Assembly (NCBI RefSeq): GCF_009914755.1
Contig: NC_060926.1
From: the human T2T-CHM13v2.0 reference genome, Homo sapiens
Length of the DNA: 64,000 nucleotides
Direction: 5' to 3' (one strand)
Under the pieces are notes generated by a model. The model had not been told where the DNA came from and searched no databases. It saw nothing but the letters and a program-made list of their open reading frames with translations. The first letter of the stretch is position 1. Each line of letters opens with the position of its first letter. The position numbers and the translations under genes are program-made. Shown piece after piece: positions 1 to 12,764 of this stretch.

Positions 1-2332
1 CGCTCTGTTTTTTCAAACAAGATTTGGAAAATACAAAGCTGATATGTTATCAATTTTGTTGCTACATTATTTATTTTTATAAAAGTGGTTACTTTTCTCA
101 GTCTCAAATCTTCTCTTTAAGCTGCAAAATTAGTTTATAGACTTTATGCTATTTTTCTGAATGGTTTTCTCATTAGCTGACATCAATGACACCTAGACGT
201 TTTTTACTCTACTAAAAATTTCATGTGTGGCTTCTCCTTGGTACCAGTAACTGTCCACTTGTAATCTGTTAGAAGGTCCGTTTAAAGCTTAAGCTGCAAG
301 TCTGGCTAATGTAAATTTATGTTACCACTTGAGCAGTGAATCAGCTTAATTGGGAAGGGTGTCAGAGCTGTTGGCAGTCCAAGAGAAATTGATCTCTGTA
401 TTTTTTTTTATTTTGTGTTTGATGAAGCTGGTTATTTTTCTTTCATAGCTTTTCTCTTAGTCTACTCGTTCTGCCAGCTCATTGCTGCATTTATCCCTCT
501 CTGTTTCCTATGGCTTGCTGTAACAGCGGTGATCTCCAAATCCTCAGTCTTCCTACTTGTGTTTTCCACTGTGCTGTGTGGAATTGTAATTGATTACACC
601 ATCAGGGACAGTGTATGTGGCCTGCTGCTTCGGTGACCCATGGGAGAAGCATGTCTCCTACCCTGACCTACAAATCTGGAGGTGTTTGAGGGTTTTTGCA
701 ACGTGTTATCCCCCTGTTATCCAAGTATGCTGCTGTTTCTCAGTAAAGAAAGTTGTATGAATGTCCATAGCACAGTCTATAAACTGAACTATGTTTACGA
801 CCACTGCTTTTTCCTTGAATTTTCTCAGAACTGGATGGCTACTTCCTCTAGTTTTCAGTATCCAATGAGGTATAGTCTTATGATTATGTCATGTAAATGG
901 AAATCTTTTATTTTGGGATATGGAGCACATATGATAATAGGTATGCATGCACACCTTATCCACCTCCTGAAACACAAACCATGCTCTGGGTGTAAAGTAA
1001 TTGTTGTCCATGTCACGATTACTAAAATAATGCCAGCATTTGTAGAAACTAAAAAATGTAAAAAAGTGAAAAATATAAATGAAAACTTTCCTATTTTATT
1101 CCTATTATTCCCCCTAAACTATTACTGAAAAATGTGCCTACATTGGGTATTAGATATAAAACATTCTAGATTAATGTATTCATATAAAGAGAGAGTCTAT
1201 AGTCAGAAATATATTCCACTTATCAATGATATAGAATCATGATATTCCCATGTCACACATACAAATCTTTTTAACTTTTTTAAAAGCCTGCAAACACTTT
1301 ATCTTAGTGATATTTCTGTGTCAACAGTGAGGTGTCTATGTCAATATACTGCTGAATATTTTATTATATTGTGTATTACAAAAATTAAATTTATTTATGG
1401 CTATTTATGTAGTTCTCATTTATTTGTTTTAGTTTTGCTAGTACAAACAATGCTAAAAATTAATATCTTTGGATCTTTTATTTCTGTGTGTCCATCTGAG
1501 GATGGCTGAAATGTAAGTTGATAGAAATTACATATTTAAGTCAATGAATAATTAATTTTGTAATTTTGTTAGTTCTGACAAATTGATCTCAGAGTGTCAC
1601 ATAAGCAAAGATTTCCTGTATTACTTTTCCATTGTTGCCGTAAAAATTATGACAAACCAATCTTACAGTTAGCACAAGACGTCTAGAATGTTCCAGTATA
1701 GTTGCTGGATCTCAAAACCAAGCCTTGGTTTTATTTTCAAAGTACAGACTACTGGGTTTACTGGAATCATATATGCAGTTTATTTAAGAGTAGAATGTGT
1801 CTAAATACATTATGCCTAAAATATTGACATGCTTAAAAAGATCATTTCTACCCAGAGATTATTTGGTTATTTTAAAATAATTAATCTAGTGCTTTTATTC
1901 TGCATTTTTACATAAATACCCTTAATACATCTCAACATTATCTTTAGTATAATAATTTAGACAACCAGAATATTTGCAGTCCCGTAACTACTGAAATATA
2001 TTATTTTCATAATAATTTAAGTTCCATATTTATCATACACTAAATATTCACACATTTGGATTCATATTTAAAAAGGATGCATACCTTCAGTAATTTATCT
2101 GTCTATTCCTATACCACAATCAAGCTGATTTAGTTACTGTAAATTTATAATGTTTTTTTCCTACCTAGTAGGGAGCTTCTACATGATATACCTTTTAAAA
2201 CTGTTATTCTTTGTATTTCTTCCAGATTAATTTTACAGCCATTTGTTAAGCTTCAAAATTTCTGTTAGATTAAAGCCACTTTTTACTGATTGGTTCATTT
2301 AGAAAATAATGTGACTTTAAAATGGTTGGTCA

Positions 2333-2503
2333 CGCTGGGTGTGGAGGCTCATGTCTGTAATCCAAACATGTTGACAGGCCAAAGCAGGAAGATGACTTCA
2401 GCCCAGGAGTTCAGGACTACGGTGAGCTATGATCACATCACTCCTCTCCAGCCTGGACAACAGAGTGAGACCTGTCGCTAAAAAAAATAAAATGATAAAT
2501 AAT
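2333..2503 (+). mobile_element. Alu monomer (FRAM/FAM-like), old
   Basis: gctgggtgtggaggctcatgtctgtaatcc...ccagcctggacaacagagtgagacctgtc plus A-rich tail; direct repeat aaatggttggtca at 2320-2332 and 2860-2872 (TSD). Confidence 0.85.
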
Positions 2504-2517
2504 AAAACATACATATC

Positions 2518-2821
2518 TTTTTTTTTCCTTTTTTGAGACAGAGTCTTGCTCTGTTGCCTAGGCTGGAGTGCAGTGGTGCAACACAATCTCAGCTCACCAC
2601 AACCTCTGCCTCCTGGATTCAAGCGATTCTCCTGCCTCAGCCTCCTGAGTAGCTGGGATTACAGGTGCCCACTACCACGCCTGGCTAAATTTTTTGTATT
2701 TTTAGTAAAGACTGGGTTTCACCATATTGGCCAGGCTGGTCTCAAACTCCTGACCTCGTGATCCACCTGCCTCAGCCTCCCATAGTGCTGGGATTACAGG
2801 CGTGAGCCACCGTGCCCAGCC
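2518..2821 (-). mobile_element. AluS (Sg-like), full length, nested in the tail of the monomer
   Basis: T-tail then gagacagagtcttgctctgttgcc...gtgagccaccgtgcccagcc; aaaacata on both sides. Confidence 0.95.
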
Positions 2822-2886
2822 AAAACATATTTATTTAAACATAATAAAATAAAATTTAGAAATGGTTGGTCAGGAATGGTTATTTT

Positions 2887-3192
2887 GGCCAAGTGCAGTG
2901 GGTCATGCCTGTAATATCAACACTTTGGGAAGACATGGCTGGTGGATTACTTGAGCCCAGGAGTTTGAGACTAGACTGGGCAACATAGTGAAACCTTATC
3001 TATATACAAAATAAAGAAAAATTAGCCAAGTGTGGTGGCATGTGCCTGTAGTCCCACCTACCAGGAAGGCTGAGGTAGAAGAATCGCTTGAAGCCAGGAG
3101 ATCAAGGCTGCAGTAAGCCAAGATCACACCACTGTATTCTAGCCTAGATGACAGAGCAAGGCCCTGTCTCAAAAAAAAAAAAAAAAAAAAAG
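2887..3192 (+). mobile_element. AluJ, full length
   Basis: ggccaagtgcagtgggtcatgcctgtaat...ctgtctc(A)n; TSD gaatggttatttt at 2874-2886 and 3201-3213. Confidence 0.95.
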
Positions 3193-3654
3193 AATAGTAA
3201 GAATGGTTATTTTGATCAAAATAGTTTTATATTGTTTGGATTAACCAGCTTAAAAGAGAAAATGATGAGAAGTATTTCTTTGCCTCCTCTTTTCAAATAT
3301 CATCACTCTGTGGATAACATAATGTCATACCTAGAAAATTTCAGAAGATAATTTTGAAAATCATTCCAAATTATAAATAAGTCTAAAGTGTCCAGATAAT
3401 ACATATTAATACCAAGACCACACATAGATACAAGCTATCTTATTAAAATACCAGAAATTTTCACAAGTAATGATATTTGGTTTCTTATATAGAGTACATC
3501 TTCTCCTTTTTATTCTTAATGAAGCCACGTTTTGTAAGGTAGCCATCCCTCCTCAGATTCTAGATTGATAGTAATATAACAAGTCATAGTAAACTATGGC
3601 AATTCAATGTGAAGGCTGTCTGTTGAGAGGCTGTCTGTCAATGAGAGGCTGTCT

Positions 3655-4020
3655 AATGGGAAGAACTGTTTGTCTCCAAAGAAAGAGAGGTAAGTAGGCA
3701 CATGGATGCCTCATAGGCAGTGAGACTGCTTCATAGCCAAGTAATCCTGAGTTTAAGAAACCCACGTTTTGTAATGGGCTGCAGGCAAATGTGCCAAACC
3801 ACAGCCCCAGAGTGAGATCTTATATTAATTACATTGAACAGCAAACATTCCAGCTCTCTACTCCAGAAGCCAGTGTGATCTCTATTGTTCAATGCTCTTT
3901 GTTATGCAAACATCTTTGAAAGAGCATAGTGCAGAATTAAAGTCTGTGCTGTCTGTGTACACAGACTTTGTTGAAAGACATGCAAAAACATAAGATATGG
4001 CTGGAAAATTGCATCTCATT
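3655..4020 (-). mobile_element. ERVL solo LTR, LTR40-like
   Basis: gttatgcaaacatctttgaaagagcatagtgcagaa and the terminal segment resemble the recalled LTR40 consensus (reverse strand). Confidence 0.55.
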
Positions 4021-5350
4021 ATTTTAAGAAACACACTGTAGAAATTCAGCTAAGGAATAAAATTCATCTAAAAAGGGAGCTGATTAATTGACTCAGAGCC
4101 CTTCCAGAACAGTTCCACTCCCCATAAGACAGATTTGTATTTCAATTCTTATTTTTTAAAATATACTCACCAAATTTTGTTTTCAGAGGATTATTTAATT
4201 TTCTGAAAAGATAAATTATCTGTTTATCTTTCTCAACTTTCAACTAATTCGTACTTGATCATAATTTGCATATGACATCTATTATATCTGACCAGTTTAT
4301 ATAGAAGTCTGCTCATTCAATTACTGTCTACTTAAGAGTTTAAGAGCACTGTGCCATTTCAGGGAACTCTTGGCAATTTCTAACCCCAGTTTCAGAAGCC
4401 TTAATGCTACTGTAGTCACATGGGTGTGGCATTTACAAAATTGTTTACAACTTTATGCCTATAGGCATAATAGTTAATGGCAAGTGATGAATTTTTGCAT
4501 TTTTACGAACACCAGTATATTTGAACACTGACGTAAATTTTACGTTTGGAAACAGAAACCGCAGGAAAAAAGGAAGAAAAATTACCAGTCCTCATTTGGT
4601 AGCTGTGTACCGTATAAATATATTGTTGAAATCTTAAGGGCTCTCATGGATTTGTTATTTCAATTACAATTTTAATGATACATATGATCTGAATTGACAA
4701 GGCTGTTTGAATGTCCTGCTGCATAAAACTAAATCAATTCAGCGAGTAATGTTAAGAGAATGTAGATTTATTAATATTGTGATACATGATATGTAGGAAC
4801 ACACAATGGAGTAGAGATATTTTTGCTATTCAATGGCAGAAAGTTAATATATTATGTACTATATAGGAAAAGGCAATCATTCTATTGAATGACTTTGGTA
4901 CCACTATAAAACACAGCAACTATGCATTTCCTTCCCCTCAAGTACAGTTTGGAGTCACATCTGCATCAGAGAAAAGGAACAGCTAACTATTTATAAAATA
5001 AATGAAATCCAACAGAATCACAAATGACTGATATTTGCAAGCTGAGAGCATTCTTAATATAGTACATTATAATAAGTTATAAATGATACATTTTAGAACT
5101 AGTAAATTCCTGTTGGAATTAAGGAGTACCATCAATAAGCAGACTTATTTTTTCCTTTCAATCTACTTTATGTATCATGCACTGTTATGAATTCTGAAGA
5201 CGGATTCACATGAGGAAAATAGCACTGTAGCACAGTGTGAAGAGCTTTTATGAAAATTATCTCCAGCCTGGAATAGAGATCAGACAGAATTTAAAACATT
5301 ATGTGGAAATAACAAAGGTCAGGGTTGTGTGGCGATATCTGTCTTAAAGA

Positions 5351-5537
5351 AGTGGGGCTCAAACCTGGATGAACCGTCGAATACTCTGGAGAAATCTAAA
5401 AAATTCTGATGTCCAGCAATCACACTGAATCCATTGAATCACAGTTTCTGGGTTAGGAGAGGCCAGGTTTTGGTTTTGGGTTTGCCTCAAAGCTCTTACA
5501 GCTGTTTAAAATATTCAGAAAGGATTGAAGATCAACC
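5351..5537. mobile_element. MER5-like hAT-Charlie DNA transposon remnant
   Basis: agtggggctcaaacctgg...tgaatcacagtttctggg...ttgaagatcaacc matches MER5 layout. Confidence 0.55.
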
Positions 5538-7695
5538 AAGCTTAGGGGCTCGTGATTCTTAACTTCTGGTGTTTTGTTTTTCAGATGATTGTACCTAATG
5601 CTGCTTCAACATAGTCTGGCAAAAATATTTGTATTACCACATGCATGAAGGTCATTCTATGCTTTTTTGTGGATGTAATATTTTTTCCCAAATATCTTGA
5701 AAAACCAATATATTTATTTTTGATGCGCTAAATTACCTTCAGTTCCATTGAGTTTAGTTTTATTAATTCATTCATGTATATTTAATCTTAATCTTTCCTT
5801 TTTATGGTGCTGGTTATTCATTCACCTGTGCCCAGAAATTCTTAATTGTCTTTTGATATTTACAAATAAAGGATTACAATGATTATTATATCTATATAAT
5901 TTTCCTCTGTTGTTTACATGTAGAAATGTTTCCCCTACGGAGGATTCTTTTAGGATTAGAAAACTTGACTGAGAGTTCTGTTTATGTGGCTTGGGTTTGC
6001 CAAATGGCTGGTTTTGTTTGGGTCAGAGGAAAACAAACAGTTCCTAAACTGAAGTTGTCAAACGTTCTACTCAAAATTAAGGACTGTGAGGAGGTCGCTG
6101 TAGACACTGCAGAGCCAAAGGCCATTCTGAGAGTGAAAGTTAGCCATTCAGGGAAACAGATTCAAACTACTGAATGATGCTTTGTTTTCATAAAGTTAAA
6201 GGTAAAGTCACTTAATATACACACTTCCTTCCTGGACTAGTGCTTGCTTACATATTCAGCATCACCTTGTCCCTAATTACTCTCTCTTCACCTAGTCACA
6301 TTAGCCTTATTACATATTCTCATAATGCATATGCTTTACTTCTGTTTGAAAAAGATAATTTACCACCATTGTTTTCTTAGTTAATTCCTATTTATGTTTC
6401 CCACCTCAGCTCAACACCATTTCCTCAAGGAAGATAATTTAAATTACCCTAAATGCTCCTCACCCAATTATAGAGGATACACAATGTGCTTGGCAATTGG
6501 TTAAGGGGTGGGTATAAGATAGTGTAATTCTTTTCAGAATATTATAACACACTTGGGAAGAGAAGAATTTTCCCTATTCTCATGATTAATAAGCTTGGTA
6601 ATGATACAGCAAATTAATAGAAAATAAAAGTTTTTATGAAAATATATTTTATCACCACTACATAGATTATCAGTTAATAATTGAGTAGTCTTTTAAAACT
6701 AGAACACAATTACCAGGATGGGTTTATTTTTTAAATATATGAGCATTTTCTAGAAAAAAAATATTTTATCAAGATTTTACATTCTGTCCATATCTATCTA
6801 CTCTTATGTTCTCCAAATCACATTTTACATCCTTCCTTATTCTAAATTATATGTTTGCATGCTTTCTCTGCTTTTTTCTTAGGCTACTCATGAGATAATT
6901 ATTTTTATGTTTTTTTAAAAGAACTATCATTTTTATTTATTAGTTCTACCTCTTGGCTGAATACTTAGCGCTACAACATTAAATCCACTACTTTAAATTT
7001 GAGCAAGTATTCATAGAAAAAAATAACAATTTTTATACTTTCAAAAAGTCATAGTGATTTTATTCCTCATTATGCTTTATTCTAAAATGTATTTTCCTCC
7101 TTTTGAATATTTTATTAATTTCTCGGCTATTTTGATTTCTGAGTTTCTTGTTTCAATAAATGTGCATAGATGCTATAATTTCAGATTATTTCTTTGGCTA
7201 AAATTACTTCTCTATTGTCCTAACACATAAGTTATAATTTGGTTGGGTACAAGAACCTTGGAAAATACATTTTGTTTCAAAACTATAGCTGCTGCTCCAT
7301 TTTATTCCTTCATTGTATATCACTGAAATTTCTGATACCGACCTGATTCATTTTACTTTGATCTTTTTCAGCCTGTATTCTCATAGGAATATTTTTTCTT
7401 CAACCTTGAAATATTTTTAAAAATCACTGTGATATCTTTAACTGTGTTATTAATTTTTCTCATCATTCTAAAAGTTCTGTTAATCAGAGGACAGTTATTT
7501 TTATCTCTAAGTTATGGCTTCTGTTATTTACAAATTATTTTTCCCTTTAATCAATCTGTTTTTTATTCTTAAAACACTGTGTGTATACTGATTTTTTAGA
7601 AATCTGACCTCATCCATATCTTTCAGCTCTCCAAATTTATTTTAGGAGAAAGCTGACTGGGTGCCCTGGTTCACTAATTCTTCAGACAGACTTAC

Positions 7696-7890
7696 ATTTT
7701 TATTTGTTGAGTCAAGAGCTGCTTGGTTTTCCTTGAACTGTACCTTACGAAAAATTCTTGAGGTTTCTGGCATGTAAAAGAGCACACTTTTGCCCTTGAT
7801 CTTATTCATAGAAGTACTGGGGGATTTTCTCAAATGTAAATTATTATTTGTGGATTTTTCAATGTCATCTCCTTTGCTTCCATTTCTCCT
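7696..7890 (-). other. Candidate 195-nt internal exon, open phase 0-0: RRNGSKGDDIEKSTNNNLHLRKSPSTSMNKIKGKSVLFYMPETSRIFRKVQFKENQAALDSTNKN
   Basis: Minus strand acceptor attcttttatag|AGG at 7891/7890 and donor AAT|gtaagt at 7696/7695; 65 open codons; overlaps ORF 7642-7833. No recognised homology. Confidence 0.3.
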
Positions 7891-7907
7891 CTATAAAAGA
7901 ATGTGTG

Positions 7908-7910
<3 letters not shown>

Positions 7911-7944
<34 letters not shown>
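7911..7944. repeat. (AC)17 microsatellite
   Basis: Perfect dinucleotide run. Confidence 0.97.
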
Positions 7945-7948
<4 letters not shown>

Positions 7949-8149
7949 CAATCCTTTATTGTCTTGTAAAGCAAGTAGGCAACCTGACTTCCTCCCTAAT
8001 GGTCCTATGTGGAATGAAGGCTTGCAGAATAATAGTTTCCCAATATTTGACACAATTTAATGAGTAATAAAGGCTTGAATTGGTATAAGTGTTTTTTATA
8101 AGCTGGGGACAGCAACCTTACACTTTAATGCTGTCCAAGACCATCCATA

Positions 8150-9390
8150 CGCATGAGTTTTCTGCAGAAAATCATATAACTGAGTAAACTGCTTTCACTT
8201 TAACAATCTCACATCAGAATTTAGTAATCAATTTTGTCCTGCAAGCCTATCCACTAGTGGCCATGCTTTTTTGTTCTATGAGAAGATTACTTAATGATTT
8301 CTTTCTCTTCAAACCTCTCACAATTTTTTTTCTCTATTCTGAAGAAAAAGAAGCCATTACAACTCAATTTCCTCATGCTCCTATTGCCAAATTCACAATC
8401 TTATTTTCACTAAACCATCTTCATCCTTTCTTTTATAAAAAAAGTAGCCCTTCCCTTCTTCTCAAAGGCAGTCCCTCCACACGTTGACTTGATCCTGTCC
8501 TCTCCATTCTCTCAAGGTTATGCTGCATGTACTATCCCCTCTTGCCTGTGTGACTTTCCCTGTCTGCTCTGTATTTGCTTTATCCATCCAAAGATATTAT
8601 CTTATTTCCCATCTAAAGAAAATCATTTCCTGACTGCATTCTTCTCCAACTACTGTATTTTCCTGCTTGCGTTCATTACCAGCTTTTTAAATGAACTATT
8701 TAAAATTGTAGTGCTGAGCTTAAAATAGCTATTTCAACCATTCTCGACAGTATTACAGACAATATCCAATGAGCCACAAACTTGATCCTCATATTTCTCA
8801 ATACCAAATAGCATTCTTCATCTTTGACCAGTCTCCCATGCTATATGCTCTTTCTCTACTTGATCTACAATATTGGACATTGCTCTAACCTACAATGCAG
8901 AATCTGTGAGTTAATTCTGTCCACAAATTTTATGTTGATCCTAAGATCTACTGCTTTAACATAGATTTATTACCCAAATTTAAGAAGCCCATAACCATTT
9001 TCTGCTTGATTTCATCACGTGGCTATCTCTTAAACATTTCAAAATAATTTTTTTTAAATAGAAACTTCTTTAATGAAAATTTCACCTGATTATTCCATTC
9101 CTTCTATAGTTTTATACTTATATTAATATTAAGAAGTTGTGCAATATGAAATCTAGATTTCTTTAACTGTTCCTTCAGTCTCAAAAAATTCTTAAACTCA
9201 ATTCTGCAAGACACAAAATCAATTCTATTTACAAAATATATCAAATAGCCAGCCTTTTTTTTTTTTCCTTTGGCATCTGTATCTCCACTGTGGTCTAAGT
9301 CCCCATCAGTTCTCTCCTATAAGTTACAAACTCTCCTGGATTTGTCTTTATACTTCCACTTTTGTGTCTGTATGACAAATGTTTTATATA
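8150..9390 (+). mobile_element. L2 remnant (continues at ~13230-13600)
   Basis: Pyrimidine-rich L2-like phrases (ccccatcagttctctcct..., later gaaaatccagactcctcccatggtctgcaaagcct) split by an L1 insertion. Confidence 0.55.
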
Positions 9391-9428
9391 GAAGATATTT
9401 TTAATTTAAATAAATTCTTCCTTTTTAA

Positions 9429-9830
<402 letters not shown>

Positions 9831-10089
9831 TAATGGAAATTTTATAACAATTTATTAGCAATTTTAAATTTTCTCCTCCCCCACCCCTTAGGACCTGGTA
9901 ACTACCATTCTACTCTATGGTTTTTCAAGTTTGGCTATTTTATTTACCTTGTATAAGTGGAATCATTCAGTGTTTGTGCTTCCATTACTGTCTTATTTTG
10001 CTTGGCATAATATCTTCATGGTTCATCTGTTATTGCATATTGCAAGATTTTGTCCTTTTATAAGGCTGAATAATTAACATTGCATTGTA

Positions 10090-10576
10090 TGTTATGATGG
10101 CTTATTGTATGTGTCCACTAGACTAGGCTAAGGAATGCCCAGATAGCTAGTAAAGCATTATTTCTGACTGTGTTTCTCTGTAAGGGTGTTTCTGGAAGAG
10201 ATTAGCATTTGAACAGACTAAAGAAGATCACCCTCACCAATTAGGGTGGGCATCATCCAATCCACTGAGAGCCTGAATAGAATAAAAAGGTGGAAAAAGG
10301 AAACATTTTCTCCATATTTGAAATGAAACATACATTCTCTCCTGTCCTCAGCCATCAGCACCCCTAGTTCTCAGGCCTTGAGACACGGGCTTGGAATTAC
10401 ACCATCAACTACCCTGGTTCTTAGGCCTCTGGACTAAGATTTAATTAAAACTTTTCAGGTTATCCAAGTTGCAGATGGCAGATCTTGGGACTTCTGAGTC
10501 CCCACATCATGTGAGTCAATTCCTATTTGTGTCAATTCCTATTTGTGTCAATTCCCTGGAGAACCTTGACTAATAC
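10090..10576 (+). mobile_element. MLT2 (ERVL) solo LTR
   Basis: tgatggcttattgtatgtgtccactagactaggctaaggaatgcccagatagc...ctggagaaccttgactaatac. Confidence 0.85.
10515..10555. repeat. 16-bp tandem repeat x2.5 (gtcaattcctatttgt)
   Basis: Direct reading. Confidence 0.9.
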
Positions 10577-12206
10577 TTACATGTATACATGTACCACATT
10601 TACTTTATTCTTATTTATTCATTTATTCTTTATTCTTCTTTCAATGAACATTTAGATTGTTTCCACATCTTGAAAATTATGAAGAGTTATATGGTAAACA
10701 TTGGATGCTACTATCTCCTCAAGGTTATCATTTTAATTATTCTGGACAAATAAACATAAGTAGGATTGTTGAACTATATGGTAGTACTGTTTTTAATTTT
10801 TTTTATGAACCTCCATGCTGTTGCTAGAGCAGCTGAGCCATTTTGCATTTCACCAACAGTGTACAAGGGTTCCAGTTTCTCCACGTCCTTGTCAATACTT
10901 GTCTTTTGCTTTTTGATCACAGTCATCGTAATGGGAGTGAGGTTATATACATCATTGTGGTTTTGGGTCACATTTTTCTGGAGTAGTGACATTGAGCAAA
11001 TATTCATATACATGCTGAGTATTTACATTTCTTCTTTTGAGAAATGTTTATTCAAATCTTTAGCCCATTTTTAATTGGGTTATTGCATATGTACTTTTTT
11101 GCTATTGAATTGTAAAAGTTTCTTAAATATTTTGGAAATTAACCCCAAGTCTATGTGGTTTACAAATACTTTTTTTTTTTCCATTCAGTACGTTGTCTTT
11201 TCTTTCTGCTGATTTTTTTTCTTTGCTGTTCAGAAGTGTTTTAGTTTGATGAAGAAATGAAAGAAGACACAAAAGAATGGGAAAATATTCCACATTCATT
11301 GATTGAAAGACTTAATATTGTTGAAATGCCCATACTACCCCGTGTGATTCACACATTTAATAAAGTAATCCCTACCAAATCCAACTGGCATATATATTTT
11401 AATGGCAGATGTTGCTTCTCATTAGAGAGGAGAAGTCATCTGAATAATAGTAACATTGCCAAAAATTGATTCCTTACTAAGTGGCAGGCAAAATTTCCAT
11501 TAATTTTTTAATGTTTTACTTTGTGGGGGCAGAAATGAGATGTTTGTTAGAGGGTACAAAGTTTCAGTTGTGCAAGATGAATAAGTTCTGGAAATCTATT
11601 ATAAAACATGTGACTATATTATATACTTGAAATTTGCTAACAGGATGGATCTCAAGTGTTCTTACCACAAAAACAGAAAGACAAAAATGGTAACTGGGGT
11701 GATAAATATGCTAATTTTCTTGATTATGATTATTTTATAATGTATATCAAATAATTAACCATACCACTTAAATATTCATATTTTTAGTTGGCAAATATAC
11801 CTAATGATATTGTTTACAGAAATAGATAAAACAATTCTGAAATTCATATAGAATAACACCAAATGCTACCAAGGACATGGAAAAACAGGAACTCTCATTC
11901 ATTGTTCATGGAAATATACATGGTTCAGTTACTTTGGAAGACATTTTGGTAGTTTCTTACAGAATGAAATAGTCTCATACCATGTGATCCAGCAATTGAA
12001 CTTCTTGGTATTTACATAAAGGAGAACAAAACTTGTGACCTCACAAAAACCTGAACACACGTTTATAGAAGCTTTATTCATCTTTGAAGCAACCAAGATG
12101 TCTCTTAGTAGAAGAATGGTTACATGAATTGTGATACATCCAGACAATTAAATATTGTTCAGTGCTAAAAGGAAATTAGCTAAGAAGCCATTAAAAGGGA
12201 TGGAGA

Positions 12207-12495
12207 GTTGGGCACAGTGGTTTACAACTGAAATCCCAGCACTTTGTGAGGCTGAGGCAGGAGGATTGTCTCAGGCTAGGAGTTCAAGACCAGCGTGGCA
12301 ACATAGTGAGACCTTGGCTCTACAAAAACACAAAATAAATAATAATCCAGACATAGGTGTGTGTACCCATTGTCCTACCTACTCAGGAGGCTGAGAGGGA
12401 GAATTGCTTGTGCCCAGGAGATCCACTCTGCAGTGAGTTATGATCATGCCACTTTATTTCAGTCTGGGCAACAGAGTAAGACTCTGTCTCTAAAA
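12207..12495 (+). mobile_element. AluJ
   Basis: gggcacagtggtttacaactgaaatcccagcacttt...ctgcagtgagttatgatcatgccact...actctgtctc. Confidence 0.9.
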
Positions 12496-12523
12496 TTATC
12501 ATTTTTAATTTTAAAAAATACAG

Positions 12524-12764
12524 GGCTGGGTGCTGTGGCTCACGCCTGTAATCCCAGCACTTTGGGAGGCCGAGGCAGGCAGATTGCCTGAGGTCAGTAG
12601 TTCCAGACCAATCTGGCCAACATGGTGAAAACTTGTCTCTACTAAAAATACAAAACAATTAGCCAGGCGTGGTGGTGTGCACCAGTAATCACAGCTACTC
12701 GGGAGGCTGAGGCAGGACAAGTACTTGAACCAGGGAGGTGGCCTTGAACCAGGGAGGTGGCCTT
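12524..12764 (+). mobile_element. AluS, 3'-truncated, ending in a 19-bp tandem duplication
   Basis: ggctgggtgctgtggctcacgcctgtaatcccagc...(cttgaaccagggaggtggc)x2. Confidence 0.92.

Noticed and set aside
415-1128. ORFs of 73 and 148 aa
   Set aside because: Non-ATG starts, composition typical of AT-rich non-coding DNA, no recognisable domain or exon structure
2398-2761. Alu-derived ORFs (also 9444-9833, 12155-12789, 15335-15855, 44820-45071, 59425-59649)
   Set aside because: Classic Alu translations ([24 protein letters not shown]); not genes
5585-5650. Strong acceptor gttttgtttttcag
   Set aside because: No adequate donor or polyA context; such acceptors are common by chance
10515-10555. Short direct-repeat arrays (also 62196-62242) as CRISPR-like
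   Set aside because: No spacers, under 3 full copies, eukaryotic context; simple slippage duplications
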